Shown: positions 28,717 through 40,919, counted from the first letter of the stretch. The stretch: DNA of 64,000 nt from an uncultured delta proteobacterium (GCA_963785725.1 CAWAWS010000006.1:96001-160000); one strand, 5' to 3'. The notes: a model not told the origin generated them from the letters alone. Program-made: numbers and translations.

Positions 28717-29893
28717 GCGTGCCTTCGACTTTGGCGTCGAACGAATCGGGCTTGTCGGCGACATTCTTCCGCAGCCAGCCGTTGCGCTCTTTGGCGATGG
28801 CGTTGATCTCCGCCTGCACTTTGGTCCGCTCTTCCAGCTTGCCTTTGACGTAGGCCTCACGCGCCGGCGCGTCCATCTTCTGCATCGGCTCCGGCAGCGA
28901 CGCCGTCGGCACCGACGCCACGCTCACCTTGCCCGACGCCATGCCCTCGACGAGGTCGTCGTCCTTGCCGCCCGACAATCCGCCGATGGCGCCACCGCCG
29001 CGCGCGCCGTAAAAGCTGGCGCGATCGGCCGCCGCCGCCGGCGCCATGGTCTTCGCGGCCGTCGCCTTGTGGTGGAACGCCGCGCGCACGCCGCTCAAGC
29101 CGTAGCCGATGCCGGTGTCGACGAGCTTGGCGTTGAGCTCGGCCAGCTTCGTGTCATACGGCGTCGCCGCCACCTGCACGCCGCCCGACTGATCGATCGA
29201 CGCATACTCGCCCGCCGACTCCGACGCGATGCGATTCCACACCACCTCGGTCTCGCGGTCGCTGCCGCAACGAATGGTGTTGATGTGGATCCCGAGATCG
29301 TGCGCCTTCTTCGCCGCTTTGTTGTAGTCGTAGCCGTCGTTGTAATCGGTGTGCGGCGGCGCGTCGCCGACGAGGTAGATCTGCTTCAGCGTCGACTGAT
29401 CTTTGCTCCACGACGTCTTCATCACCGCTTCGGTCAACGCCTTCGAGACGTGCTCGGGCGTATCGCCGCCGCCGCCCGCTTCGAACGACGACAAATTCGC
29501 GAAGACCTCGTCGAGGTCGTCCGATAGATCGTAGAAGCGCGTCACGTATGCGTCACCGATGTCGCGATAGGCGACGAGACCGATGCGCACGTCCGGCTTC
29601 GGCTGCCCGTTGGCGATGAACTGCGCGATCGACCAGATCTTGCGCTTGGCGCCGTCGATGAGCCCGCCCATCGAGCCCGTCGTATCGAGCGCGAACACCA
29701 GCTCGACCCGCGGCGCCGCATGCGGGATCTGCACGACCGGCGTCAGCTGCGGCTGGTGCTGCGTGTCCAGCGTCAGCTTGTCGTCGGTCGGGAGCACCAC
29801 CGGGCGACGATGCGGCATCGCCGACGCGGCCCACGCCGCCAACACCAACACGCCACCGAGAAGGCCGTACGTCAACCAGCGTCGTTCATTCAT
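28679..29893 (-). CDS. secreted/anchored von Willebrand factor A domain protein
   Basis: DTTGSM MIDAS; GLVAYRD, GGGDTPE, LVGDAPPH; N-terminal hydrophobic segment. Confidence 0.9.
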   Translation of the reverse strand: MNERRWLTYGLLGGVLVLAAWAASAMPHRRPVVLPTDDKLTLDTQHQPQLTPVVQIPHAAPRVELVFALDTTGSMGGLIDGAKRKIWSIAQFIANGQPKPDVRIGLVAYRDIGDAYVTRFYDLSDDLDEVFANLSSFEAGGGGDTPEHVSKALTEAVMKTSWSKDQSTLKQIYLVGDAPPHTDYNDGYDYNKAAKKAHDLGIHINTIRCGSDRETEVVWNRIASESAGEYASIDQSGGVQVAATPYDTKLAELNAKLVDTGIGYGLSGVRAAFHHKATAAKTMAPAAAADRASFYGARGGGAIGGLSGGKDDDLVEGMASGKVSVASVPTASLPEPMQKMDAPAREAYVKGKLEERTKVQAEINAIAKERNGWLRKNVADKPDSFDAKVEGTLKKQAKSIGLKL

Positions 29894-29951
29894 GACCGTT
29901 CCTCCGCTCGCTGTAAACGCGGCGAACGGCGAAAAGATCTACGTCACGATT

Positions 29952-30197
29952 TCAGTCGCTGGTGGCGCCGCAGGTGAAGCGGAGGGCGCATAAAAAGCCG
30001 GGCGGACAGATGCCGTCGTCGTTGTAGGCGGGCGCGCAGTCGGACGGGCGAATGCAGAGGGTGTCGCACTCTTCGTAGACCGAGGCGTCGCGGTCGGGCT
30101 GGCCGCCGACGATGGGCTTGCCGCCACCCGACAGGTGACAGCCTGCGCCGCCGCACAGCAGCGCGACGGCAAACGCGCCTCCTCGCCAACTCAGCAT
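29952..30197 (-). CDS. small Cys-rich lipoprotein
   Basis: Signal peptide ending GAGC plus six further Cys; TGt-TAAACT box 6 nt upstream of the ATG. Confidence 0.6.
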   Translation of the reverse strand: MLSWRGGAFAVALLCGGAGCHLSGGGKPIVGGQPDRDASVYEECDTLCIRPSDCAPAYNDDGICPPGFLCALRFTCGATSD

Positions 30198-30281
30198 AAT
30201 TTTAGTTTAACAGGATCGGGAGCGAGCCCGACGACCCGCGAAGTCGGGCACGCGTCGGCGAGGAGGGCGTAGCGACCGCCT

Positions 30282-30650
30282 TTAACGGCGGCTGCCTTTT
30301 TTCTTCGGAGCCGCTTTCTTGGCGGCCGCTTTCTTGGCCGGCTTCTTCGCCGGAGCCGCTTTCTTGCCCGCCGCGGCCTTCTTGGCCGGCTTCTTGGCCG
30401 CGCCCGCCTTGGCCTTGCGCTTCTGGCCACCGACGGCCCGCTTGGCGCGAGAGACATCGCCCGACGAGTCGAGGAAGTAGAGGTACCCTTCCTGGCGGCT
30501 GAAGTTTCCGGCCGCTACTTTCTCGGCCTTGTTTGCTGCCGAGGGACCGCCCGCACGCTTCATCGGGGTCTTCCAGACGTCGGACCCGCGAAGGAAGTAC
30601 AAGTACCCGGGCTCGCGCTTCACACCAACTTTTGCAACTTTCTCAGCCAT
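30282..30650 (-). CDS. basic histone-like/nucleoid-associated candidate with duplicated GYLYFL module and AKKPAKK tail
   Basis: Two AEKVA..G..R..GYLYFL...DV repeats; Lys/Ala/Pro-rich tail; SD AAGGAGG. Confidence 0.8.
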   Translation of the reverse strand: MAEKVAKVGVKREPGYLYFLRGSDVWKTPMKRAGGPSAANKAEKVAAGNFSRQEGYLYFLDSSGDVSRAKRAVGGQKRKAKAGAAKKPAKKAAAGKKAAPAKKPAKKAAAKKAAPKKKGSRR

Positions 30651-30683
30651 CCCGATCCTCCTTGAGGGAGTTGCTTGCCGTCG

Positions 30684-30712
30684 ACAATAGAAACCGCAAA
30701 AAGCCTTGTCAA
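30684..30712 (-). promoter_or_regulatory. sigma70-type promoter TTGACA-N17-TATTGT
   Basis: On the minus strand, -35 at 30712-30707 and -10 at 30689-30684, upstream of the histone-like gene. Confidence 0.7.
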
Positions 30713-31566
30713 TTCTTTTTCCGTCGAGAAAGTGATTTTTCTCGTCGAGAACGACACAAAATCGCCTGCTCTTCGCTCTCCGGCAGCAGCTCCGCGCCGA
30801 GGAATCCGCCATGGTGCGCAGCGACGGTAAAATCGTTGTAATGGAGCAGCGCCTGCAGCTCGAGCGGGAAGAACTGGCGATGAACCAAACGGACGATTCG
30901 CTCGCGGCCTCCACTTTCGGGCGCGTAGTAGATACGCATGAACGCGATCTGCAGCGCCGCGTCGTAGGTGACGCTGGTCGAGTAGACCATCGCCTTGCCC
31001 GTCTTCGGATGGCGGAACTTCGTGCGCGCCCAGCGACGGTGCGGATCGCGCGCCAGCCAGCCGAGATGTGGGTTGAGCACGTCGAACGCGAAGAGCCCGC
31101 CCGGCGCCAAATGCGCGTGCACGACCGCCAAGAAGCGCTCGACGTCCTCGCGTTGATACAGGTGCATGAAGGCGTTGAAGGGGCAGATCACGAGCTGGAA
31201 ACGTTCGCGTAGATCGATCGCGCGGAAGTCGCCTTCGTGCAGCTCGACGCGCGCCGCCACCGCTTTTCCCGCTTTTTCCACGCGTTCACGGCAGCGCGCC
31301 AGCATCTTGGGCGCGGCGTCGACGCCGACGACGCGATAGCCGTCGCGCGCCAGCGGCAGCAACATGCGCCCCGAGCCGCAGCCGAGCTCGAGGATCGACT
31401 GCGGCTTCTTCACGCTGGGCGCGCCCAATTCGTCGGCGGCGAGCTTCTGATACCAGCGGATGTCGTCGCGGCGGCGCTTGTATTCGTGGTCGTAGAGGAC
31501 GGCGTCTTCGTAGTGCTCGCGCGTGCCGGCGGCCAGCGCCTGCGCGAGCTTGTCGGCAAAGGTCAT
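30709..31566 (-). CDS. class I SAM-dependent methyltransferase
   Basis: [40 protein letters not shown]. Confidence 0.9.
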   Translation of the reverse strand: MTFADKLAQALAAGTREHYEDAVLYDHEYKRRRDDIRWYQKLAADELGAPSVKKPQSILELGCGSGRMLLPLARDGYRVVGVDAAPKMLARCRERVEKAGKAVAARVELHEGDFRAIDLRERFQLVICPFNAFMHLYQREDVERFLAVVHAHLAPGGLFAFDVLNPHLGWLARDPHRRWARTKFRHPKTGKAMVYSTSVTYDAALQIAFMRIYYAPESGGRERIVRLVHRQFFPLELQALLHYNDFTVAAHHGGFLGAELLPESEEQAILCRSRREKSLSRRKKN

Positions 31567-31603
31567 AGGACTCCTTCGGAGCACCGAGTATATTCCGCGG
31601 CGC

Positions 31604-32302
31604 ATGAAAAAAGCGGTGGTGCTCCTCTCGGGCGGGCTCGATTCGGCGACGGTGCTGGCGATGGCGCGCGCGCAAGGTTTCGAGTGCTATGCGCTCTCTT
31701 TTCGCTACGGCCAGCGCCATGTCGTCGAGCTCAAAGCGGCCGAGCGCGTCGCGGCGGCGCTGGGCGCGATCGTGCAAAAGACGGCGACTGTAGATCTCGG
31801 CTGGATCGGCGGCTCGGCGCTGACGTCGCACACCATCGACGTGCCCAAAGATCGCCCGATCGATCACATGGCGAGCGAGATCCCGGTCACGTACGTGCCG
31901 GCGCGCAACGCGCTCTTCCTCTGTCACGCGCTCGCGTGGGCCGAAGTCGTCGGCGCCAAGGATCTCTTCGCCGGCATGAACGCGCTCGACTACAGCGGCT
32001 ATCCCGACTGCCGGCCCGAGTTCTTGCGCGCGTTCGAGACGATGGCGCGGCTCGGCACCAAAGCCGGCGCCGAAGGTGCCGACTGGCAAGTGCGCGCGCC
32101 GCTCATCGCCATGTCGAAGGCCGAGATCATCAAGGCCGGTGTCGCGCTCGGGGTCGACTACGGCCTGACGCACTCCTGCTACGACCCCATCGTCAAGGGC
32201 GACGGCGACGACGACGTGCGCGCCTGCGGCCGCTGCGACTCCTGTTTATTGCGCAAAAAGGGGTTCGCCGAAGCCGGCGTGCCCGACCCGACGCGCTATT
32301 GA
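31604..32302 (+). CDS. queC: 7-cyano-7-deazaguanine synthase
   Basis: [31 protein letters not shown] and THSCY..CGRCDSC motifs. Confidence 0.97.
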   Translation: MKKAVVLLSGGLDSATVLAMARAQGFECYALSFRYGQRHVVELKAAERVAAALGAIVQKTATVDLGWIGGSALTSHTIDVPKDRPIDHMASEIPVTYVPARNALFLCHALAWAEVVGAKDLFAGMNALDYSGYPDCRPEFLRAFETMARLGTKAGAEGADWQVRAPLIAMSKAEIIKAGVALGVDYGLTHSCYDPIVKGDGDDDVRACGRCDSCLLRKKGFAEAGVPDPTRY

Positions 32303-32492
32303 GCCACACGTCGCGCTGAACGCGCCTGGCGCGCCGCCCGCCGTTCGCGCTGGGCCGAGCAGGGCGGCCACGCCGGCGCGCCGTACGCGCGGCGCCACGA
32401 GGCTGCCAGCGCGTGTCAGCCGGCCAGGCCAGGCGGCCGGCGAAACGATCCGATGTAGTTGGGTGAAGGTGAGAGGGTAGCGCGCGAAGGCG

Positions 32493-33938
<1,446 letters not shown>

Positions 33939-33977
33939 ATCGTCGCGACACGGGCAAACGGGCTACAATGGGACGGG

Positions 33978-35696
33978 ATGCCGGGTCCAACGCTCGGTCG
34001 CTATCGGCTGTCGGAGCGTCTCGCTGAGGGCGAGTCGTGGGAGCTGTGGCGCGGTGACGATGTCGGGCTCGGCGGTCTGGCACGGCCGGTCGCCGTCGAG
34101 CGGCTCGCCCCGTCGCTGACGAGCGATCGCGCGCTGGCCCTCGAGGTGAGCCGCGCCTTCGTCGTCAGCCACCCGAACCTGGTCGCGGTGCGCGATGCCG
34201 GCGAGCTCGATGGCCGGCTGTTCGTGGCTTGGGAGTGGGTGGATGGCGCGACCCTGCAGCGGCTGATCGAGCGGCTGCAGGCGGCGCATCGGCCGTTTCC
34301 GCTGCGGTTTGCCTGCCTGGTGACGATCGACGCCGCGCGCGGGCTCGACGAGGCCCATCGCGCGCGCGACGCGGCCGGCAAGCCGAGCGACGGCGGCGTC
34401 GGGCTCGTGCACGGCGACGTCGGCCCCGAACGGCTGTGGATTTCGCTCGCGGGCGAGGTGAAGCTGGCCGGCCTCGGTCTCGGCCGCGCACGCCTGATCG
34501 ACGGCAGCCGCGGCACGCTCGCGCCCGAGCAGGCGCGCGGCGAGCCGGCGATCGACGGCCGCGCCGACGTGTTCGCGCTCGGCGCGCTCTTATACGAGCT
34601 GGCCAGCGGGCAGAATCCCTTCGGCGCGCCTCACGAAGACGCCGCTGAACGCCTCGGGCGGCTGCGCGTCGGCGCCTGTCCGTCGCTGCGAACGCTGCAG
34701 CCGGCGTTGCCGCAGGGCTTGGAGGCGATCGTCGCCCGCGCCATGGCGCCGTCGCCCGACGATCGCTATCCCTCGTGCGGGCAGCTGCGCGAAGACTTGG
34801 AGGCGCTGGCTCGTCGCGAGGGCTATGCGTTGGCGCAGGCGGATTTCGCGCTCTTCGTCCGCGAGCTGATGGCGACGCCGGCGGAAGCGGCGGCCCCGGC
34901 CAAGCGGCTGTCGGGCTCGCGCGCCGTGGCGACGCCGCGCGCCTTCAATGCCGCGCTCGGCGGCGCGCTGGCGCTGCTCGACGGCGGCGATGACGCGGAT
35001 GAAGCAAACGGCGGCGCACCTCGTATCAACGGCGATGCTGCGGGTGCCGCCACCGCCGGGCCGACGACCGCGCCGCCGCCGCGAACGCTGGCGATGCCGA
35101 AGCTGCACGCCGCGATCGCCCCGCCGACTCCCGCGATCGAGCCGCCGCGCGCGTCGCCGAATTCGGACATGACGGAGCTGATCCCGCGCGATGGCGGCTT
35201 CGGCGCGTTGTGGATGTCGCTCGGCGCCGTCGCCTTGACGCTCGTGGGCGGCGTGGCGCTGCTGGTTTTACGGCCGTTTCGTTCGAACGACGCGTGGTCG
35301 CAGCGCGCGCCCGTCGCCGCGCAGCCGCCGGTCGCACGGAAGCCGAGCGCGCCGGTCGCGGCGCCGCCGAGCGCGTCCGCGCCGCAGTCGGCCGCGCCAA
35401 CGCCGCAGTCGGCTGCGCCGGCGCCGCCGCCGCCGCAGGTCGTCGAGCGCGAGCATCATGCGCGCGCGGCGCGGCCCGCCGGCGCGCACCTGACGATCAC
35501 GGCCGATGTCGCCGCCGACGCCTTTGTCGACGGCAATTACGTGCGGCCGACGCCGATCGTCGACCTCGAGCTGCCGCCGGGGCGCCATGTCGTGCGCGTG
35601 GAGTCGACGGCGCCGGGGCTGCGGCTGATTCCGCGGCAAGAGACGGTCGAGCTGCATCCGGGCGAGCTGAGAGAGCTACAAATGGTGCTGCAATGA
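33978..35696 (+). CDS. Ser/Thr kinase-like (pseudokinase) membrane protein with PEGA-like domain
   Basis: Kinase fold (HPNLV, LVHGDV, LAPEQ, DVFALG), but VAVER replaces VAxK and AGLG replaces DFG; TM and PEGA-like end. Confidence 0.85.
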   Translation: MPGPTLGRYRLSERLAEGESWELWRGDDVGLGGLARPVAVERLAPSLTSDRALALEVSRAFVVSHPNLVAVRDAGELDGRLFVAWEWVDGATLQRLIERLQAAHRPFPLRFACLVTIDAARGLDEAHRARDAAGKPSDGGVGLVHGDVGPERLWISLAGEVKLAGLGLGRARLIDGSRGTLAPEQARGEPAIDGRADVFALGALLYELASGQNPFGAPHEDAAERLGRLRVGACPSLRTLQPALPQGLEAIVARAMAPSPDDRYPSCGQLREDLEALARREGYALAQADFALFVRELMATPAEAAAPAKRLSGSRAVATPRAFNAALGGALALLDGGDDADEANGGAPRINGDAAGAATAGPTTAPPPRTLAMPKLHAAIAPPTPAIEPPRASPNSDMTELIPRDGGFGALWMSLGAVALTLVGGVALLVLRPFRSNDAWSQRAPVAAQPPVARKPSAPVAAPPSASAPQSAAPTPQSAAPAPPPPQVVEREHHARAARPAGAHLTITADVAADAFVDGNYVRPTPIVDLELPPGRHVVRVESTAPGLRLIPRQETVELHPGELRELQMVLQ

Positions 35697-37099
35697 GCTC
35701 CGAGAACGAGGGCAACGCACGAGACCCGAAGACGCGGGCGCTGTCGGCGAGCGATCGGCCGCTCGTGCGCCATGCCGAGCGCTTTCGGCTGACGGTGACG
35801 GCCGGCGGCGGCGTGCGCGTGGGCGAGACCATCGAAGCGGCGGGAAATATCCTGCGCGTCGGGTCGAAAGAGGGCAATTCGCTGCGCCTCGCCAACGAAA
35901 CGGTGTCGCGTTACCACTTCGAGATCGAGCCGACGCCGCTCGGCTTCGTGCTGCGCGACTTGGGCTCGACCAACGGCACCTTCGTGGACGGCTACCGCGT
36001 GCGCGAGATCTACCTGCCGCAAGGGCGGACGGCGCAGCTCAAGGCGGGCGAGGTGGCGCTCAGCTTCGAGGCGCTCGGCGAAGCGGTGCCGATCGCGCTG
36101 TCGGGCGAAGATCGCTTCGGCGACGCGCTCGGGCGTTCGCCGGCGATGCGCGAGCTGTTCGGCGTGCTCGAGCGCGTGGCGCAAAAGGATCTGACGATCC
36201 TCGTCGAAGGCGAGAGCGGCACCGGCAAAGAGCGGCTGGCCGAGGCGATCCACCTGCGTTCGCCGCGCGCGCACAAGCGCTTCGTCGTGTTCGATTGCGC
36301 GGCGGTGCCGGCGTCGCTGATGGAGTCGGAGCTGCTCGGCCACGAGCGCGGCGCCTTCACCGGCGCCGACAGCCGGCGCATCGGCCGCTTCGAGGAGGCG
36401 CAAGGCGGCACGCTCTTCATCGACGAGATCGGCGAATTGCCGCTCGAGCTGCAGCCGAAGCTCTTGCGCGCCCTCGAGAAGCGGGAGATTCGCCGCATCG
36501 GCGGCTCGACGGTCATTCCGGTCGACGTGCGCGTCGTCGCGGCGACCAATCGCGACTTGGTGCGCGAGGTGAATCGCAACACCTTCCGCGAGGATCTGTA
36601 TTATCGGCTGGCCGTCGTTCGCTTGCGCGTGCCGCCGTTGCGCGAGCGCGAAGGCGACGTGCCGCTGCTCGTCGAGCACTTCGTGAAGGAGGCGCTCGAC
36701 GGCGACGAAGCGGCGACGCGCGAGGCGCTGGCCAGCATCACCGACGAGAATTGGCGGCGTTTGGCGTCGCATCCGTGGCCGGGCAATGTCCGCGAGCTGC
36801 GCAACTTCATCGAGCGCACGCTGGCGTTGACCGGTGGCGTCGACGCCAATGACGCGCCCGTCTCGGCGCGCGCGACCGCGGCCGGCGACGTGCCCGCCGG
36901 CCGCGACGCCGCGCTCGATCTGTCGCGGCCGTTCATCGAGGCGCGCCAGGAGCTGCTGGCGGCGTTCGAGAAGAGCTACTTGGAGGCGCAGCTGTCGCGG
37001 CACGGCGGCAACATTTCGCGGGCGGCGCGCGCGGCGGGGCTCGATCGCATGCACTTCAAGCGGCTGCTCGCGCGCCATCAGCCGCCCGAGCCGAGCTGA
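35693..37099 (+). CDS. FHA-domain sigma54-dependent transcriptional activator
   Basis: VSRYH..DLGSTNGTF (FHA); GESGTGKE, GAFTGA, DEIGE, WPGNVREL; C-terminal HTH; ATGA overlap with the kinase-like gene. Confidence 0.93.
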   Translation: MSSENEGNARDPKTRALSASDRPLVRHAERFRLTVTAGGGVRVGETIEAAGNILRVGSKEGNSLRLANETVSRYHFEIEPTPLGFVLRDLGSTNGTFVDGYRVREIYLPQGRTAQLKAGEVALSFEALGEAVPIALSGEDRFGDALGRSPAMRELFGVLERVAQKDLTILVEGESGTGKERLAEAIHLRSPRAHKRFVVFDCAAVPASLMESELLGHERGAFTGADSRRIGRFEEAQGGTLFIDEIGELPLELQPKLLRALEKREIRRIGGSTVIPVDVRVVAATNRDLVREVNRNTFREDLYYRLAVVRLRVPPLREREGDVPLLVEHFVKEALDGDEAATREALASITDENWRRLASHPWPGNVRELRNFIERTLALTGGVDANDAPVSARATAAGDVPAGRDAALDLSRPFIEARQELLAAFEKSYLEAQLSRHGGNISRAARAAGLDRMHFKRLLARHQPPEPS

Positions 37100-37140
37100 C
37101 CAAAGCTGACAGGCTGCGACTTCGCGCTTATTCTCCGCCC

Positions 37141-38529
37141 GTGCCGCGTCTCGACAGTCGCTTCGCCGATGATTCTACCGCCGTCTTCGCGCGTGCTGCG
37201 CTGCTGGTCGCGGCGGCGGCGGCGCTGGCCGTGTCCGCGCTCGGCTGCCCGCCGGCGGCGACCTTGCCCGCCGGCTGCAGCAAAGACGTCGACTGCAAGG
37301 GCGCGCGCATCTGCGTCGCGCACGCCTGCGTCGATCCGCCGGCCCCGCCGAAAGCGGTCGACCTCGGTGCCGTCGACGGTGGCGCCATCGCTGATGGTGG
37401 CGCGGCCGATCTATTGGCGGCCCTAGGCGATGGCGGTGCCGTCGCGCCGCCGCCGCCGCTCGGCGCGTCGCCGACGTTTCACGGCGACGCGCAACACAGC
37501 GGCCGCAGCCGTTTTCGCGCGCCGGTGAACGCGCCCACCGAAGTCGCGCACGTCGCCACCGGCGGCGTCGTCTTCGGCTCGCCCGCCATCACCGACGACG
37601 GCGTCGTCATCTTCGGCTCGCACGACAAGTCGATCTACGCCGTCGACAGCAGCGGCAAGATCTTGTGGCGCCGCCCGACCAACGACCTCGTGTGGAGCTC
37701 GCCCACGATCGGCCCCGGCGGCGTCGTCTACGTCGGCAGCGACGACGATCATGTGTACGCGCTCGATCTGAAGGACGGCAGTGTGCGCTGGACGTTCCAG
37801 GCCGGCCCCTGTCGCGTCAACACCGGCGTCGGCCCCGAAGGCGCGCGCTGCGACGTCGACGGCGTCAGCGTCGCCGCCGACGGCACGATCTACGCCGCCG
37901 CCGACGGCCTGTACGCGCTGTCGCCCGACGGCAAGCTGAAGTGGAAGTTCTCGCCCGGCGTCACCCACTGCGCCGCGCCGCCCGCCATCGGCCTCGACGG
38001 CACCGTCTACATCGGCTGCCACGACGACGCGCTCTACGCCATCGGCCCCGACGGCAAGAAGAAGTGGGACTTCCGCGCCGGCGACGACGTCGACTCGGCG
38101 CCCGCCATCGGACCGGATGGCCTCGTCTACGTCGGCAGCGACGACCACAAGCTGTATGCGCTGGCGCCCGGCGGCAGCATCCGCTGGGCCGTCACCACCG
38201 GCGGCCCCGTGCGCAGCTCGCCCGCGCTCGCCGCCGACGGCACCGTCTACGTCGGCAGCTTCGACGGCTCGCTCTACGCCGTCAAGCCGGGCGGCGTCGT
38301 CGCCTGGAGCTTCCGCTCGGCCAATCGCATCGCCTCGTCGCCGCTCGTCGACGCCGCCGGCAACATCCTCATCGGCTCCGAAGACGACCGCCTGTACGCG
38401 CTCGCGCCCGACGGCAAGCTCATGTGGAGCGTGCTGCTCGACGGTGACGTCGACTCGACGCCGGCGCTCGCCGCCGACGGCACCATCTGGGTCGGCTGCG
38501 ACGATCGCGCGCTCCATTCGTTGCGTTAG
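37141..38529 (+). CDS. PQQ-like beta-propeller repeat protein, probably a lipoprotein
   Basis: Repeated SSPAIxxDGTVYVGSxDxxLYAL..G..W blades; N-terminal signal with LGC. Confidence 0.88.
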   Translation: MPRLDSRFADDSTAVFARAALLVAAAAALAVSALGCPPAATLPAGCSKDVDCKGARICVAHACVDPPAPPKAVDLGAVDGGAIADGGAADLLAALGDGGAVAPPPPLGASPTFHGDAQHSGRSRFRAPVNAPTEVAHVATGGVVFGSPAITDDGVVIFGSHDKSIYAVDSSGKILWRRPTNDLVWSSPTIGPGGVVYVGSDDDHVYALDLKDGSVRWTFQAGPCRVNTGVGPEGARCDVDGVSVAADGTIYAAADGLYALSPDGKLKWKFSPGVTHCAAPPAIGLDGTVYIGCHDDALYAIGPDGKKKWDFRAGDDVDSAPAIGPDGLVYVGSDDHKLYALAPGGSIRWAVTTGGPVRSSPALAADGTVYVGSFDGSLYAVKPGGVVAWSFRSANRIASSPLVDAAGNILIGSEDDRLYALAPDGKLMWSVLLDGDVDSTPALAADGTIWVGCDDRALHSLR

Positions 38530-38588
38530 CCCTTGCGCTGATAAGTATCCGGCCCCACGTTGTTGCCTGTATCCTTTCCCCCAAAATA

Positions 38589-40919
38589 ATGAATATCGAT
38601 AAAGAGAACGTATTGAAGGCGCTTCGTGGCGCCGATTCCGAAGGTCTGCGCGCGCACGAATTGGCCGGAACCATGGGCGCCGACGTCAAAGCGCGCCACC
38701 GCTTACGCACGCTGCTGGCGACGCTCATCGACGAGAACGCGATCGAGAAGGCGCCCGGCAACCGCTATCGCCTCGTCGGCCTCGAGAAGGTCGCGCCGCC
38801 GCCGAGCAAAGACACCGCCAAAGGTTGGATCGCCGGCTCCTTGCGCGTCCATCCGGCCGGCTACGGCTTCGTCGTGCGCGACGACGGCGAGGACGACGCC
38901 TACGTCGGCGCGCGCAACCGCGGCTCGGCGCTCGACGGCGACCGCGTCATGTTGTCGACGTGGACCGGCTACAAAGGCACCGAAGGCAAAGTCGAGAAGA
39001 TCCTCGAGCGCGGCCGCGCCAAGTTGACGGGCACGCTGCGCAAGAGCGGTCGGGCGACCTATGTCGAGCCCGACGATCCGCGCATCGCCGCCACCGGCGG
39101 CCACGTCATGCTCGACGGCGGCGCCAACGGCGCCAAGGATGGTCAAGCGGTCGTCGTCGAGATCGTGCGCTATCCGACGCAGCCCGATGAGCCGCTCGTC
39201 GCCAAGGTCATCCACATCCTCGGCGATCCCGAAGATCCGCGCACCGAGATCGAGAAGATCCTCATCACGGCGGATATTCCGACCGAGTTTCCCGAGGACG
39301 TGCTGCACGCCGCCGAGCGCGCGCCCGTCGAAGTGCGCGTCGAGGACAAGGTCGACCGCGTCGATCTGCGCGATCGCAACTTCATGACCATCGATCCGGA
39401 GACGGCGCGCGACTTCGACGACGCCGTCTGCGTCGAGCCGAGCCCGCGCGGTCCCGACTGGCATCGCTTGTGGGTCGCGGTCGCCGACGTCAGCCACTAC
39501 GTGCGGCCAGGCTCGGCGCTCGATCGCGAGGCGCGCGTGCGCGGCTGCTCGGTCTACCTGCCCGATCGCGCGATTCCCATGTTGCCGAAGCAGCTGTCGT
39601 CGGGTATCTGCTCGCTCAACCCCGAAGTCGACCGCTTGGCGATGGTCGCGCGCATGGAGGTCGACCCCAAAGGCGACGTCCACGACGAATACTTCTGCGC
39701 CGCCGTCATCAACTCGCACGCGCGGCTCGACTATCCGGGCGTGGCCGCGGCGCTGTCGGGCGATCTGCGCGGCGCGCGGGCGCGTTATCGCGAATTTCTG
39801 CCCGATCTCGAGCGCATGGCGTCGCTGGCGAAGAAGATGCGCGGCCGTCGCATCGAGCGCGGCGCGCTCGACTTCGACCTGCCGGAAGCCAAGGTCATCC
39901 TCGATCAGGACGATCCGACGCGCGTCCGTGACGTCGTGCAGTCGCGCGGCGATGCCTCGGTCAAGGGCGCCTATCAGCTCGTCGAGGACTTCATGTTGGC
40001 GGCGAACGAGGCGGTGGCGCGCCATTTCCGCCTGCGCAACCTCGACACCGTCTGGCGCATCCACGACATCCCGTCCGACGAGCGCTTGCAGGCGTTCGCG
40101 GATCTGGCGCAAGCGTTCGGCCTGAATTTTCAGCCGGAAGATGGTCGCGTGCCGCGTAAATTGCGCGACCTCCTGAATTCGCTGAAGGGTCGTCCGATGG
40201 AGCGGCCGCTCAACTTCATGCTGTTGCGCACGCTGAAGCAGGCCGTCTACGACACGGTCAACGTGGGCCACTTCGGCTTGGCGGCGCCCGATTATTTGCA
40301 CTTCACGTCGCCGATTCGCCGCTATCCCGACCTCATCGTGCATCGCCTGCTGAAGCATTCGCTGCAGTCGGACGGCCTGCCCGCGGGTGGTCCGCCGCCG
40401 GTGAAGCCGGCGCGCGAGACGCTGCAGCAGATGGCGTCCGACTCGTCGAAGTCGGAGCGGCGCGCGATGGAGGCCGAGCGCGACGTGATCGACCTGTATC
40501 GCGCCGTGCTCATGCGCGACAAAGTGGGCGAGGAGTACGACGGCACGGTGTCGGGCCTGGCCAACTTCGGCCTGTTCATTCAGATCGAGGTGCCGTTCGT
40601 CGAAGGATTGGTTCGTGTCGCGAACATCAACGACGACCAGTACGAGGTCGACGCGGAGACGCAGCGGCTCGTCGGACGCCGCACCGGCCGCCAGTTCGCG
40701 CTCGGCGACGCCGTCAAAGTGCGCATCGAGAACGTGTCGGTGCCGCGGCGTAAGATCGATCTGGCGCTGGTGGCGCATACGGCGACGCACGCGGACGAAG
40801 TCATCGTCAAGAAGAAGAAGCCGGCGTTCGAGCCGCGCAAGCCGTTGAAGCCGTCGCCGGCGCGCGGCGGCGAGAAGCGCGAACGGCACCGCCGCGGCGC
40901 GCCCAAACGCCGCCGTTAA
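38589..40919 (+). CDS. rnr: ribonuclease R
   Basis: HPAGYGF, TIDPETARDFDDA, VADVSHYV, CSLNP, HFTSPIRRYPDL, S1 domain and basic tail. Confidence 0.96.
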   Translation: MNIDKENVLKALRGADSEGLRAHELAGTMGADVKARHRLRTLLATLIDENAIEKAPGNRYRLVGLEKVAPPPSKDTAKGWIAGSLRVHPAGYGFVVRDDGEDDAYVGARNRGSALDGDRVMLSTWTGYKGTEGKVEKILERGRAKLTGTLRKSGRATYVEPDDPRIAATGGHVMLDGGANGAKDGQAVVVEIVRYPTQPDEPLVAKVIHILGDPEDPRTEIEKILITADIPTEFPEDVLHAAERAPVEVRVEDKVDRVDLRDRNFMTIDPETARDFDDAVCVEPSPRGPDWHRLWVAVADVSHYVRPGSALDREARVRGCSVYLPDRAIPMLPKQLSSGICSLNPEVDRLAMVARMEVDPKGDVHDEYFCAAVINSHARLDYPGVAAALSGDLRGARARYREFLPDLERMASLAKKMRGRRIERGALDFDLPEAKVILDQDDPTRVRDVVQSRGDASVKGAYQLVEDFMLAANEAVARHFRLRNLDTVWRIHDIPSDERLQAFADLAQAFGLNFQPEDGRVPRKLRDLLNSLKGRPMERPLNFMLLRTLKQAVYDTVNVGHFGLAAPDYLHFTSPIRRYPDLIVHRLLKHSLQSDGLPAGGPPPVKPARETLQQMASDSSKSERRAMEAERDVIDLYRAVLMRDKVGEEYDGTVSGLANFGLFIQIEVPFVEGLVRVANINDDQYEVDAETQRLVGRRTGRQFALGDAVKVRIENVSVPRRKIDLALVAHTATHADEVIVKKKKPAFEPRKPLKPSPARGGEKRERHRRGAPKRRR

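Noticed and set aside
32303..32492. Possible ncRNA between queC and pcnB
   Set aside because: Only short GC-rich stems expected by chance; no recognisable family features.
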